The notes under the pieces are model-generated. The model was given only the letters and a program-made list of their open reading frames with translations, did not search any database and was not told the origin of the DNA. Source: a virus. Taken from it: DNA of 64,000 nucleotides. Shown here piece by piece: positions 18,274-27,149 of this stretch. Where the stretch lies: IMG/VR virus record IMGVR_UViG_3300027822_000297; one strand, 5' to 3'. The position numbers were made by a program, and so were the translations under genes. Each line of letters begins with the position of its first letter. Within the stretch, counting starts at the first letter, position 1.

Positions 18274-19033
18274 AGATATCGTTATTAAATCCATAGCCGC
18301 TACAGATGCCAGGCGCATTATTAAAAGGTTACATTACAGCGGTAAGGTAGTTAATAATTCTGTTTTACATTTTGGCGTTTTTTTAAATAATAAATGTGAA
18401 GGTGTTATGTCTTATGGCTCACCTTTAGATAAACGTAAGGTTTTGTCTTTGGTGGATGGTACGGGGTGGAATGAAATGTTTGAATTAAATAGGATGGCAT
18501 TTAGTGAAAAGCTGCCACGTAATTCTGAAAGTAGAGCGTTAGCTGTTTCTTTTCGTTTAATAAAAAAACATTATTCACATATTAAGTGGATATTGAGTTT
18601 TTCAGATGCAGCTCAATGTGGTGATGGTGCAATTTATAGGGCAAGCGGGTTTGTATTAACGAAAATAACTAAGAATAATCAAATTATTGAGTTTCCTGAT
18701 GGACTAAGGGAAACAAGATTGGTTCTTACCGATGCAAGAAGACCAAGACGTTTAGAAATAGCTAAAAAATATGGGTTAAAAGTAGGCGGCGCTTCATCTT
18801 TAAAGCCATTTATTGATATTGGAGCTAAACCAATTGATGGTTATCAACTTAGATATATATATTTTATAGATAAAAATTATAAGCAAAAATTAACCGTGCC
18901 AATAATCCCTTTTTCAAAGATTGACGAAATGGGTGCAGGAATGTATAAAGGTTTAAAGCGTGTTACAAAGGCTATCTCTGATGACCAATTAGAGAGCGGC
19001 GGTGCGATACCGACCAACACGCTCCAATATTAA
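18260..19033 (+). CDS. mom: Mom-family (GNAT-fold) DNA adenine hypermodification enzyme
   Basis: HYSGK...HFGVF...G.MSYG..., ELNRM....PRNSES, ILSFSD..Q..G.IY.ASGF motifs. Confidence 0.85.
   Translation: MPTAKDIVIKSIAATDARRIIKRLHYSGKVVNNSVLHFGVFLNNKCEGVMSYGSPLDKRKVLSLVDGTGWNEMFELNRMAFSEKLPRNSESRALAVSFRLIKKHYSHIKWILSFSDAAQCGDGAIYRASGFVLTKITKNNQIIEFPDGLRETRLVLTDARRPRRLEIAKKYGLKVGGASSLKPFIDIGAKPIDGYQLRYIYFIDKNYKQKLTVPIIPFSKIDEMGAGMYKGLKRVTKAISDDQLESGGAIPTNTLQY
18958..19026 (+). ncRNA. D-armless tRNA-Gly-like RNA embedded in the mom 3' end
   Basis: Acceptor GCGTGTT/AACACGC then T and CCA; anticodon arm CTCTGA-TGACCAA-TTAGAG; T-arm GGCGG-TGCGATA-CCG(A)CC. Confidence 0.75.
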
Positions 19034-19124
19034 ACCTGAATATCTTATAGGTATGAGCGTTCCTCCTGTAATGATGGCTCAAATATCTCATCAAATATAT
19101 AGACAATGTCTGGGTAAAAAATAA
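19026..19124 (+). pseudogene. C-terminal remnant of a C5-cytosine DNA methyltransferase
   Basis: Own translation NIKPEYLIGMSVPPVMMAQISHQIYRQCLGKK*, a motif X variant; frame closed upstream at 18990. Confidence 0.75.
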
Positions 19125-19153
19125 CTTGCATTTATTATTAATTACTATATAAT
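19116..19153 (+). promoter_or_regulatory. Repeated phage promoter, copy 5 (drives tRNA-Glu)
   Basis: AAAAAATAACTTGCATTTAT; TTGCAT-16-TATAAT. Confidence 0.8.
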
Positions 19154-19165
19154 TAAAGTTATTAG

Positions 19166-19241
19166 ATTCCTATCGTCCAGTTGGTTAGGACATTAGACTT
19201 TCACTCTAAAAACACGGGTTCGAATCCCGTTAGGAATACCA
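19166..19241 (+). tRNA. tRNA-Glu (UUC)
   Basis: Full cloverleaf: ATTCCTA/TAGGAAT acceptor, TTAGA-CTTTCAC-TCTAA anticodon arm, GGTTCGAATCC T-arm, encoded CCA. Confidence 0.95.
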
Positions 19242-19273
19242 TAACTATTAAACGAGAGAAAACGGGCATAAAT

Positions 19274-19870
19274 ATGGGTACTAGAAATTTAACAATGGTA
19301 ATGATTAATAATGAATACAAAATTGCTCAATATGGGCAATGGGATGGCTACCCTTCTGGTCAAGGAGTAACTGTGCTTAACTTCTTGCGAGAGACTAACT
19401 TAGATAAATTCAAAGACACTTTAGGCAATGTAAGTTTTATTACTGAAGATGAGTGGAGCGACATTATTGAGAATTACACAGATGGTGGTAGTGTTATATT
19501 AGGAAGTGAAAATGATAAATATTGGAAGGAAAACTTAACGCATTTGGATAGAGATATTGGAGCAAAAGTGCTTGAAATGGTGCGGGACGGTGAGGCAACA
19601 AAACTTAATAATCGTATAGGATTTGCAGGAAATTCCCTATTTTGCGAATACGCTTACGTAATTGATTTTGATAAAGGAACTTTTGAGATTTACGGGGGGG
19701 TTAATGAGGAACCTATAAAAGAAGGCCGATTCATTTCTGGCGTAGACTACTTAGAAAAGATAGATGGTTACGAGCCAGTAAAGTTAATACAAGAATATAA
19801 GCTTGACGATTTACCTGATAACGATGAGTTTTTAAGTGATCTTGAACCTAGAGAAGAATATGAAGTTTAA
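19274..19870 (+). CDS. Conserved phage hypothetical protein
   Basis: Starts MGTRNLT...AQYGQWDGYPSGQG...EYAYVID; the listed upstream extension overlaps the tRNA. Confidence 0.75.
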   Translation: MGTRNLTMVMINNEYKIAQYGQWDGYPSGQGVTVLNFLRETNLDKFKDTLGNVSFITEDEWSDIIENYTDGGSVILGSENDKYWKENLTHLDRDIGAKVLEMVRDGEATKLNNRIGFAGNSLFCEYAYVIDFDKGTFEIYGGVNEEPIKEGRFISGVDYLEKIDGYEPVKLIQEYKLDDLPDNDEFLSDLEPREEYEV

Positions 19871-19885
19871 AAACGAGGAAAAAAT

Positions 19886-20092
19886 ATGAACTTGCAAGCA
19901 CACAAAGACTTATTAACCACAATTAAAATAGCATTAGCACTTAATGACTTTTCATGTGCTGATGAGCTAGATAAACCTAAAAGAACAATAAAACCTATTA
20001 AATGGCAGTCATGGCATGAGTCAGCAAATCGGTTTAAACAAGCGTTAGATTTGTCAGAAAAAACCGCTTATGAATGTTGCTTGGTAGCGTAG
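19886..20092 (+). CDS. Hypothetical protein
   Basis: AAACGAGG RBS; 68 aa. Confidence 0.55.
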   Translation: MNLQAHKDLLTTIKIALALNDFSCADELDKPKRTIKPIKWQSWHESANRFKQALDLSEKTAYECCLVA

Positions 20093-20094
20093 TT

Positions 20095-20409
20095 ATGGAT
20101 GTTATTGCATGGGATCATACCTTTTCATCAGAGCGCCCAATAAAGGTTTTGACGGCAAATAAAAGGCTATGGATAGTGACTCATACCTTATGCAAGGCAT
20201 TGTCGCTTAAAGATCCTGATAAAGCTTTAAATGGCCTAAATCGAAACGAACATACTGTAATAAATTTACCGCATGAGGATGAGAAAGGAATAACAAATAT
20301 TGATTTTCATTGTGTTTCAATTGAGGGCGCTTATTGTTTGATATTTCGTGCGGGGCTTGATATAAAGAGTCAGTTTTTGTTGTGGTTTAATCAAAAGATT
20401 TTAGTTTAA
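20095..20409 (+). CDS. BRO-N domain protein
   Basis: IKVL....LWIV...LCKAL.L..P..AL..L...E....VS.EG.Y.LIFR. Confidence 0.75.
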   Translation: MDVIAWDHTFSSERPIKVLTANKRLWIVTHTLCKALSLKDPDKALNGLNRNEHTVINLPHEDEKGITNIDFHCVSIEGAYCLIFRAGLDIKSQFLLWFNQKILV

Positions 20410-20646
20410 TGAGTGTTGAGAATTATGTTTTTGTGCTGTTTTTGGTTCCACTTGTTATCATTATAGGGTTATTAATTTATCTTTATATGGTACATAAAAC
20501 GCATGATAAAAAATAAAAAGTCATTGAAGGAATAATTATGAGCATAGATGGTTTGTTGTTAATTGCTATATTATCTGGTGCTGTTGGCGGTGTTCTTGGT
20601 TTAGTTATTGGCGCTTACATGAAGAGTTTGATTAATTTCAAGAAAA

Positions 20647-21180
20647 ATGAGTTTACCTGTAAATCAAAAAGAACATATTCATAGAAAAAAAATGAAAGAA
20701 TTAGAAAATTCAATGCGTTCATTAAATACAGGCGATGAATTAGAAACACGCCATTATTTTGGGCATGAATGTTATGCAAGATCTCTTTTTATTTCAAAAG
20801 GAACAACTTTGACAGGGAAAATATATCGTTACTCATGCATTAATTTCATAATGTTGGGTGATATAACGGTAGATACCGCAGAGGGAAAGAAAAGGATTAA
20901 AGCACCTGAAATATTAATAAGTCCTCCAGGTGTTAAACGCGCAGGTTATGCCCATGAAGATACAATATGGGCCACTGTACATGCAACAGAACAGACTGAT
21001 CCCAATTTGGTTGAAGATGAAGTAATCGCAAAGGATTATATTGATTTTGATGAAGGTACAGCAATTACACATGATCCGGCAGGGTTAACACCTTGTGAGG
21101 AAGATGTATTTAGAACATTAGTCTTAAAGAAATTCAAGGATCGTGATGATATTATTCGTATGTTAATTGAAGAAAAATAG
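20647..21180 (+). CDS. Cupin-fold phage protein
   Basis: HYF...YARSLFI.KGT.LTGKI...G...V...APE...S.PG.KR.GYAHEDT.W.TVH. Confidence 0.75.
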   Translation: MSLPVNQKEHIHRKKMKELENSMRSLNTGDELETRHYFGHECYARSLFISKGTTLTGKIYRYSCINFIMLGDITVDTAEGKKRIKAPEILISPPGVKRAGYAHEDTIWATVHATEQTDPNLVEDEVIAKDYIDFDEGTAITHDPAGLTPCEEDVFRTLVLKKFKDRDDIIRMLIEEK

Positions 21181-21182
21181 AT

Positions 21183-23027
21183 ATGACACAAATAATAGCA
21201 ATAGCAGCAACAACAAATGAGCCATATAGCCCATTGACGTTATCTCAATTAAAGAGTCTTGCCGATTCATCTCCAGGTGCACTTGTTTTGGTTGAGTTTG
21301 ATTCAGAAAGAGTTGTTGGCAGTATTGATGTTGGTGTGGTTACAACTAAAGGCTTAGAGGTGACTGGGAATATAAATGTCAACCCGATTGGTTTTTACTT
21401 AGTGCCAGGGTTTAGGCGGCCTGATTACAAGGTGTTATCTTATTCATTAACTAGAAGCCCAAAAGATAAAACATTAACGGGAATTAGGCAGATATGAAAA
21501 AAATAATTATGTTTTTTATGTTTATTTCAATCGCACATGGCGCGGTGAAAGATACGCCAATTCAACGAACTGATATTGGTGATGTCACTGTTATTTCAGA
21601 AAAAGTTAGTGAAGATAAGTGGCGTGTTACTTTTACTAATCATAATTTAGATAAGGCGCGATGTGCTCAAGTTAAATGGAAATTAGAGGATTTTTACTGG
21701 CATCCAATATGCTCAGGTGTAAAAAATTCATCAGTTACTAAATATAAAGGTGTAAACCAAGATAAATTTTGGAAAACAGAAAAAATATGTGTACAAGGTA
21801 AAAGATACACATCGCCGAATACAGTTAGTGTAATTGGGTATTTAAAAAAAATTAATGATGTAACACCAGTGGCACGTATTAGGTCAATTAGTGCGGGATT
21901 TTGTGAATAATATAATATCAAGAGTATTGAAGTTATTTAGTGTTCATAAGTCATCTTATAAGGGGCTTGTTGAGTGTAGCTCTATAGTAGAGTCTCACGG
22001 TTATATCGTTCATTTTTATTCACCTAGTATTCACATTTGTCATCATGATGAAGAATTTAATGATGCTTGTGAAAGGTTGGCAAGTACGGGTCACGTTATA
22101 ACCACTAAAGATGGCGTGCTTGTTGGGAATTTTTATCCAAGAGCAAGATTTAAAGGAAATAATCGCCCATTTTTGCGTGTTGTTAAATAACTAAACTACA
22201 TTATTTAATTAAAATTTAATCTATGTTAAGATTTTAGGATGATTCAAGGATACTTAATAACCATTACTTTTTTTTTACTTTCTTTTTGTATTATCTTAAG
22301 TGTTTTATATAAGAGGCGTAAGGAAGAGGTAGAGGTCTTTGAAGTAAAAGCACATCATTACAAAGCGGTTAGTGAATACATTGAACGGATTAATCGTGTC
22401 GTTAATGGCATGGATGGACAAGAAGCTTCTGAAATACGCAAAACAATGTCAGATGAAGTAAAAGCCACTGTATTTTCAGGTTTAGATAAAAAGACAATTG
22501 CGATATTTAATATTTTGGCTGATGGCGGTATAAATCCATTTCAACCTATGGAATAATCATGTTGAAAGAAACTAATTTATTAGTTCGTAAAGGTGTTGAT
22601 GTTGAGACAAGAAATTTTACTTACGAAATGTTTATAGTAAATCCTTTCCGATATGAATTAGTAAAAAAACAAAAACATAATGAAGATATAGACAAAGAGA
22701 TAAAAGCGAATTTGATGGATAATTGGAATCATTTAATTTATTCGGAAATTAGAGATAAATTAACAGCTTTGCGATCCAGGGTTATGCGAGAGACTGACGA
22801 TGATCGATCAATAGGTGCTGAATTAGCTGATATTATAAATCTTTGTCAGATTCAACCTAATGACCGTTAAGGAAAATATTCTTAAGGTGATGAATGATAT
22901 TTTGATGGATAGTCAGTTTATTGCTATGCGAGCGAAAGTTAGTAATGAGCAAACACGCGTGGTTTTGCAGGAATTGTTAAAAGAGGGGTTTGTTAAGGAG
23001 ATTAATGATCGATGGCGAAGAACCTAA
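21183..23027 (+). other. Run of hypothetical ORFs (21183-21497, 21494-21910 secreted, 21891-22190, 22239-22556 TM, 22559-22870, 22860-23027 small winged-helix-like)
   Basis: Contiguous coupled ORFs; last one from own translation (55 aa). Confidence 0.6.
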
Positions 23028-23049
23028 ATGAAAATAAACATTTATTATG

Positions 23050-23130
23050 TATAATAGAATTTAACTGCCCCCTTGCGAAGTTGAATTAATGGAACTTGGG
23101 GACAGAAAACCGCTTTCGGGCGGTTTTTTC
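23050..23130 (+). ncRNA. Short structured transcript/leader ending in a terminator upstream of the lysis genes
   Basis: TATAAT 23050-55; CTGCCCC/GGGG(A)CAG and AAGTT/AACTT stems; AAAACCGC-T-TTCG-G-GCGGTTTTTT terminator. Confidence 0.6.
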
Positions 23131-23225
23131 AATTAAAGTTGTTGCTTCTATCACAATAAATAAATCCCTTCCTAGTAGTTAATAAAAATCCACACTATCT
23201 TTAACTTTTAAGTTAAAATAGTGGA

Positions 23226-23510
23226 ATGATCAGTATGTTAGATACGTTTACTAAAGACGCAACTGGCAAGCCTTGTGCGGCTAAAACTTGGTTCTCTATT
23301 GCATCAGCTATCATCTTATTTAAGTTTCTTGTTAGTGGCATGGCTTTATTTTCTTTTGACTTTGGTGATTTTGATTCTAGCGGTGCGTCAATGCTTATTG
23401 CCGCGTTTGGTGGGGTCTATTGGGGCCGTACACGCACGAAATCAGTTTATGGTGATGTAGGGGTTATTCTTCAGGGTGAAGAGCATGATCCAGACCATAC
23501 GCAGCGATGA
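23226..23510 (+). CDS. Putative holin
   Basis: Two TM segments; position at the head of the lysis cassette. Confidence 0.6.
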   Translation: MISMLDTFTKDATGKPCAAKTWFSIASAIILFKFLVSGMALFSFDFGDFDSSGASMLIAAFGGVYWGRTRTKSVYGDVGVILQGEEHDPDHTQR

Positions 23511-23770
23511 TGCAATTTTATTTTATTGCTGGTATTGGCGCTTTAATTTTAGGATTATGGGCAACAATAACTATTCTTAGATCAAGAAAACAAAAAGCAG
23601 AATTTGAAAGAGACATAGCCAAAACGTTAGTTAGAGAATCAAAAAAAGTCATTAAGCACGAGAAGGAAATTCAAGCAAAAATTAAATCACGGTCAGTCGA
23701 TGTAAAAAACCGAATAAAGGAAAAAATGGAAGATGTTGAAAATAATAATTTTGACAGTTTCTACGATTAG
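23507..23770 (+). CDS. Putative inner-membrane spanin
   Basis: N-terminal TM plus coiled coil; overlaps the lipoprotein gene. Confidence 0.6.
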   Translation: MMQFYFIAGIGALILGLWATITILRSRKQKAEFERDIAKTLVRESKKVIKHEKEIQAKIKSRSVDVKNRIKEKMEDVENNNFDSFYD

Positions 23771-24020
23771 CTTAATTGGTTGTACAAAAGCTAATCAGCC
23801 AGTTCTTGTGGCGCACCCTGATTTAGTTATCCCCGTTAAACCCGAATTACCTAAATATAACCGTGAAATGATAAATTGTGGCAGGGATTTGTTTGTCTTG
23901 GATTTATGCCGCCGTATATTGTTACGAGAAACGGTGTTAAGTGACCATATAGAAACTTTGGAAGAGTTAATTGATGATCATAATTTGTTATTAAGCGAAG
24001 AACCTGAAAGCGGAAATTGA
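23733..24020 (+). CDS. Putative outer-membrane spanin lipoprotein
   Basis: Lipobox LIGC; Pro-rich mature region. Confidence 0.65.
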   Translation: MLKIIILTVSTISLIGCTKANQPVLVAHPDLVIPVKPELPKYNREMINCGRDLFVLDLCRRILLRETVLSDHIETLEELIDDHNLLLSEEPESGN

Positions 24021-24160
24021 CTATTTTTTATGCAATTTTCTTGCGCACGTGTTATTTTATCTAAATTCAAGTTTGTTTCGTCTATTTTATTGTTTAATAA
24101 GGCCAATGTTAAATCAAATTTTATTAGCGCTTTTATAAATGGAATAGATTGATTTGCCAT
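23978..24160 (-). CDS. 60-aa coiled-coil protein, probably leaderless, antisense within the lysis cassette
   Basis: TG-T-TATAAT (24176-24168) 7 nt before ATG 24160. Confidence 0.45.
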   Translation of the reverse strand: MANQSIPFIKALIKFDLTLALLNNKIDETNLNLDKITRAQENCIKNSQFPLSGSSLNNKL

Positions 24161-24191
24161 AAGTCTTATTATAACAAAAAAACACTATGGA

Positions 24192-24416
24192 TTGATTATG
24201 GATTGGAAAAAATGCCAAGAAACACAACCAGAAGAGGGTGAACCCGTTATTGTGTATAGGCCACAGACGCTTTATTCTGGTTGTTATGAGAAACCATTAG
24301 CAATTGCTATTTATACAGGTAAAGATTATACATGCCACCATCAACCGACTGAATTTTTAGAATTTCCATTGCCTGATGATTGGTCAATCCGGCATTATAA
24401 ATATCAAAAATATTAA
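24192..24416 (+). CDS. DUF551-like phage protein
   Basis: W.KC...QPE.G..V.V N-terminus and ...EFLEFPLPD C-terminus. Confidence 0.6.
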   Translation: MIMDWKKCQETQPEEGEPVIVYRPQTLYSGCYEKPLAIAIYTGKDYTCHHQPTEFLEFPLPDDWSIRHYKYQKY

Positions 24417-24567
24417 TATGGATAATTTATTTGAAAGATCGTTTGAATTATTATCTGAATGTATTGAGTCTATTGATGGCGAGCTTTCAGAGCAAGAGCA
24501 AGTTTATCGAAAAATGGTCGTTCAACTTTGCAGTGAAATAGGTGAGTTTTATGAGCCAACCGAGTAA
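24376..24567 (+). CDS. Hypothetical protein
   Basis: Short acidic helical ORF. Confidence 0.45.
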   Translation: MIGQSGIINIKNINMDNLFERSFELLSECIESIDGELSEQEQVYRKMVVQLCSEIGEFYEPTE

Positions 24568-24961
24568 TTTATATTTTCAAATCTCCGATTTTATTATTAA
24601 TCCAAACGAAAGGGTTAGCCTGGAAGTTATTAATAAAATATTGATTCATCTTTGGATAATAAATGGTGTTCGTGAAGAAGGTGGCTTCCCAATTATTGTT
24701 TCTAAAAATTCTGGTTATCGATCAATTGAGCATGAGAAAAGACATAAGCGGTCAGGTTTAAGTGAGCATTGTTTTATTGGTGGCGGTGCAGCAGATTATA
24801 CTTGCCAGAAAAAATATATTAAAAGGTTGGTGGAATTATTAAGAAAGTCAACCTATAAGCGTGTATGTTATTATCCAAAAAAGAATTTCATTCATGCGGA
24901 TTTAAAAGGTTATGAAAAACAGTTTTTTATTTGCACAGGTAGAAGATGGAAGCGGCAATAA
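24551..24961 (+). CDS. Peptidase M15-family endolysin
   Basis: SGYRS, SEH...AADY and FIHAD zinc motifs. Confidence 0.85.
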   Translation: MSQPSNLYFQISDFIINPNERVSLEVINKILIHLWIINGVREEGGFPIIVSKNSGYRSIEHEKRHKRSGLSEHCFIGGGAADYTCQKKYIKRLVELLRKSTYKRVCYYPKKNFIHADLKGYEKQFFICTGRRWKRQ

Positions 24962-25023
24962 ATCTTGTAAAAACTTATATTGAAAGCTAGAATCAGTGAT
25001 ATAAATTAAATAATGGATATTTT

Positions 25024-25317
25024 ATGATTATAGAACGTGGTGGAGCAAAATTTTGGGCACCGGATGACTCTGCAAAAATAGTTAATGATAAGTGGGAAGT
25101 TAACCCAAAAGAATTAATACCCTATGATTTGTGGTTAAAACAACAAGATATAAAAGAAAAAGAAACAAAAAGGAAGGAATTACAAAAACAACTTGATGAG
25201 CTTGAATTTGCTGATGTTAATATAAAAAACGAATTACTTGATACTGCTGTTGAGCAATATAATGAACAAATAATAGCAGAGCAAGTAAGTATTCAAAATA
25301 AAATAGATAGTATTTAA
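25024..25317 (+). CDS. Hypothetical coiled-coil protein
   Basis: 97 aa; coupled to the next gene. Confidence 0.55.
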   Translation: MIIERGGAKFWAPDDSAKIVNDKWEVNPKELIPYDLWLKQQDIKEKETKRKELQKQLDELEFADVNIKNELLDTAVEQYNEQIIAEQVSIQNKIDSI

Positions 25318-27149
25318 TGGCAATAACATTAGGCTACATTGACTCAGGTGGTCTTAGAGAGATTCACCGCAATGAATCGACTGTTTATGATCCTGACATA
25401 TTAGGGTTAAGCACATGGAGTCCTGCTTCTGCGACAATGGCGGTTGGTGATTATATTGTCTTTCAACAAGACAATGATCGTGGTGGGCGTTTTAATAAAT
25501 TAATTATTGATGTTTTTACAGCAGTTGCAGCGACCACATTTACTGGTATTTGGGAGTTATGTTCTCCGAGTGGTTCTTATTCAAATCCAAACTGGGTGGC
25601 GTTAACAGGTGTTATTGATGGCACTAACGGATTTACCACAGCGGGAACTGCACTTGAATTAACGTTTGATCTTGATGATGTTAATTGGGGTAATTACGCA
25701 AATCCTTATCTTGGAACGACAGGCCCGTTGCCGTATCATTATGCATGGAACATTCGTTTTAGGGTAACAGCTATATCTGGCGTTACTAATAATGGATCAG
25801 TGACTAAGGTATTAGCAGAGTGCAGAGAAATTGTTTTAGATGGTGCAAATACATATACAATGCAGGATATTTATGACGAGGATGTGTTGCAGGGCTGGGG
25901 GCTTATTGTAAAAAACAGTGAATATAATTATTCAGTAAACACAGGATTACGTGGAATTGATACGTTAACAACGTTTGTATCAAAAAATGAGCAAATTGTG
26001 TTTACAAATAACTATTCTCCTTATTTAAAATGTGTTTGTAATTATGGTGAATTAATAAATAATGAGTCTTTAAGCGGAACACATTTAGTTATTGAGGCTA
26101 GTAATTCAAGTTATATAAATAGGCATATTTTTGGTGCGAATGCAAACATTTATGATACAACATTTAAAATAGTTAAATATGGATCATTAACTTACCAGGG
26201 GTTTTGGGGGGGCGGTCTTGCTGAGTTGAGTGGGCAGTTAATTGGTGACAGTTTATTTAGTGGCTGGAGGAATTTTCAGTTTAAGGATACATCTGTGTTT
26301 TTAGTTAATGTAACTTTAATAGGCGCGCAGATAGAGCCTGTAGTTTCAACAATGATCGATTGTGTTGTAAAAGATTCTTCACAAGCAATAAGGCAGACGA
26401 CTAGCAATGATGGTGATGTTCATAGATTTAACATGAGTGCTATTACTAGCTATGAAATAAATCCATATAAGCCAACTGACACATGGGGGTTAAGTTTGAT
26501 TGATTGCCAGTATAATTCACTTACATTTGATCAAAAAGCGTTTTGGACTAAGCCAAATGGAACGCCAGGGGCTTATTATTTAGATTTAAAATTAAACTTT
26601 ATTGTGTCACTTGGTATTTTTATAAAAGATGAATCTGGCAATGCAATTGATGGGGCAGACATAAAGATTTATGATAAAAACAATAGTTTATATGATACAT
26701 TTACCTCTTATGATGGTTATGTGGGTTATGATAAACGAGTGTTAACCGATGCAACAGCTTCATCAGTTACTTTTACAGGGGGGCTTGATGGAACAGCTGG
26801 AAGAGGGAAAGAATTTATTGTCATAAATGGTTCTGGAGTGGGTGGTCGGAGTGTTATATCAGAATCGTTTGCAGCATCATTTAATTATGCGGAAACTTTA
26901 AGTATTATTCCTGTTGTAAATGATGAGATTGTTATGGTGCCTTATGTTACATTTGGTTATGATTCTCCTTCATCAACAACCGCGAATGCATATTCAATTT
27001 ATACGGAAAATACGCCATTTAAATTAGTAATAACGAAAGAAGGTTATGATCCAATTATAATGGATAATGAGCCGCTCATGGAGAAATTAGATACGGAATT
27101 AATCATGATTTCATCACCTGTTGTCATAGATCAAGAAGGAATGTTATGA
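25317..27149 (+). CDS. Large beta-rich virion-like protein
   Basis: 610 aa, Gly/Thr/Asn-rich, beta-helix-like centre, C-terminal Ig/carboxypeptidase-regulatory-like segment. Confidence 0.55.
   Translation: MAITLGYIDSGGLREIHRNESTVYDPDILGLSTWSPASATMAVGDYIVFQQDNDRGGRFNKLIIDVFTAVAATTFTGIWELCSPSGSYSNPNWVALTGVIDGTNGFTTAGTALELTFDLDDVNWGNYANPYLGTTGPLPYHYAWNIRFRVTAISGVTNNGSVTKVLAECREIVLDGANTYTMQDIYDEDVLQGWGLIVKNSEYNYSVNTGLRGIDTLTTFVSKNEQIVFTNNYSPYLKCVCNYGELINNESLSGTHLVIEASNSSYINRHIFGANANIYDTTFKIVKYGSLTYQGFWGGGLAELSGQLIGDSLFSGWRNFQFKDTSVFLVNVTLIGAQIEPVVSTMIDCVVKDSSQAIRQTTSNDGDVHRFNMSAITSYEINPYKPTDTWGLSLIDCQYNSLTFDQKAFWTKPNGTPGAYYLDLKLNFIVSLGIFIKDESGNAIDGADIKIYDKNNSLYDTFTSYDGYVGYDKRVLTDATASSVTFTGGLDGTAGRGKEFIVINGSGVGGRSVISESFAASFNYAETLSIIPVVNDEIVMVPYVTFGYDSPSSTTANAYSIYTENTPFKLVITKEGYDPIIMDNEPLMEKLDTELIMISSPVVIDQEGML

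Noticed and set aside
18958-19026. Calling the element an ordinary tRNA gene or tmRNA
   Set aside because: No D-stem, G33, GTGC T-loop and a T-stem bulge; no tag ORF or pseudoknots. Kept as a mimic rather than a canonical tRNA.
19181-19273. N-terminal extension of the ORF listed at 19181
   Set aside because: It runs through the tRNA-Glu; the protein family starts at MGTRN (19274).
19241-19275. Self-cleaving ribozyme next to the tRNA
   Set aside because: No hammerhead or HDV-like core recognisable; the CTGATGA motifs I noticed all lie inside CDSs.
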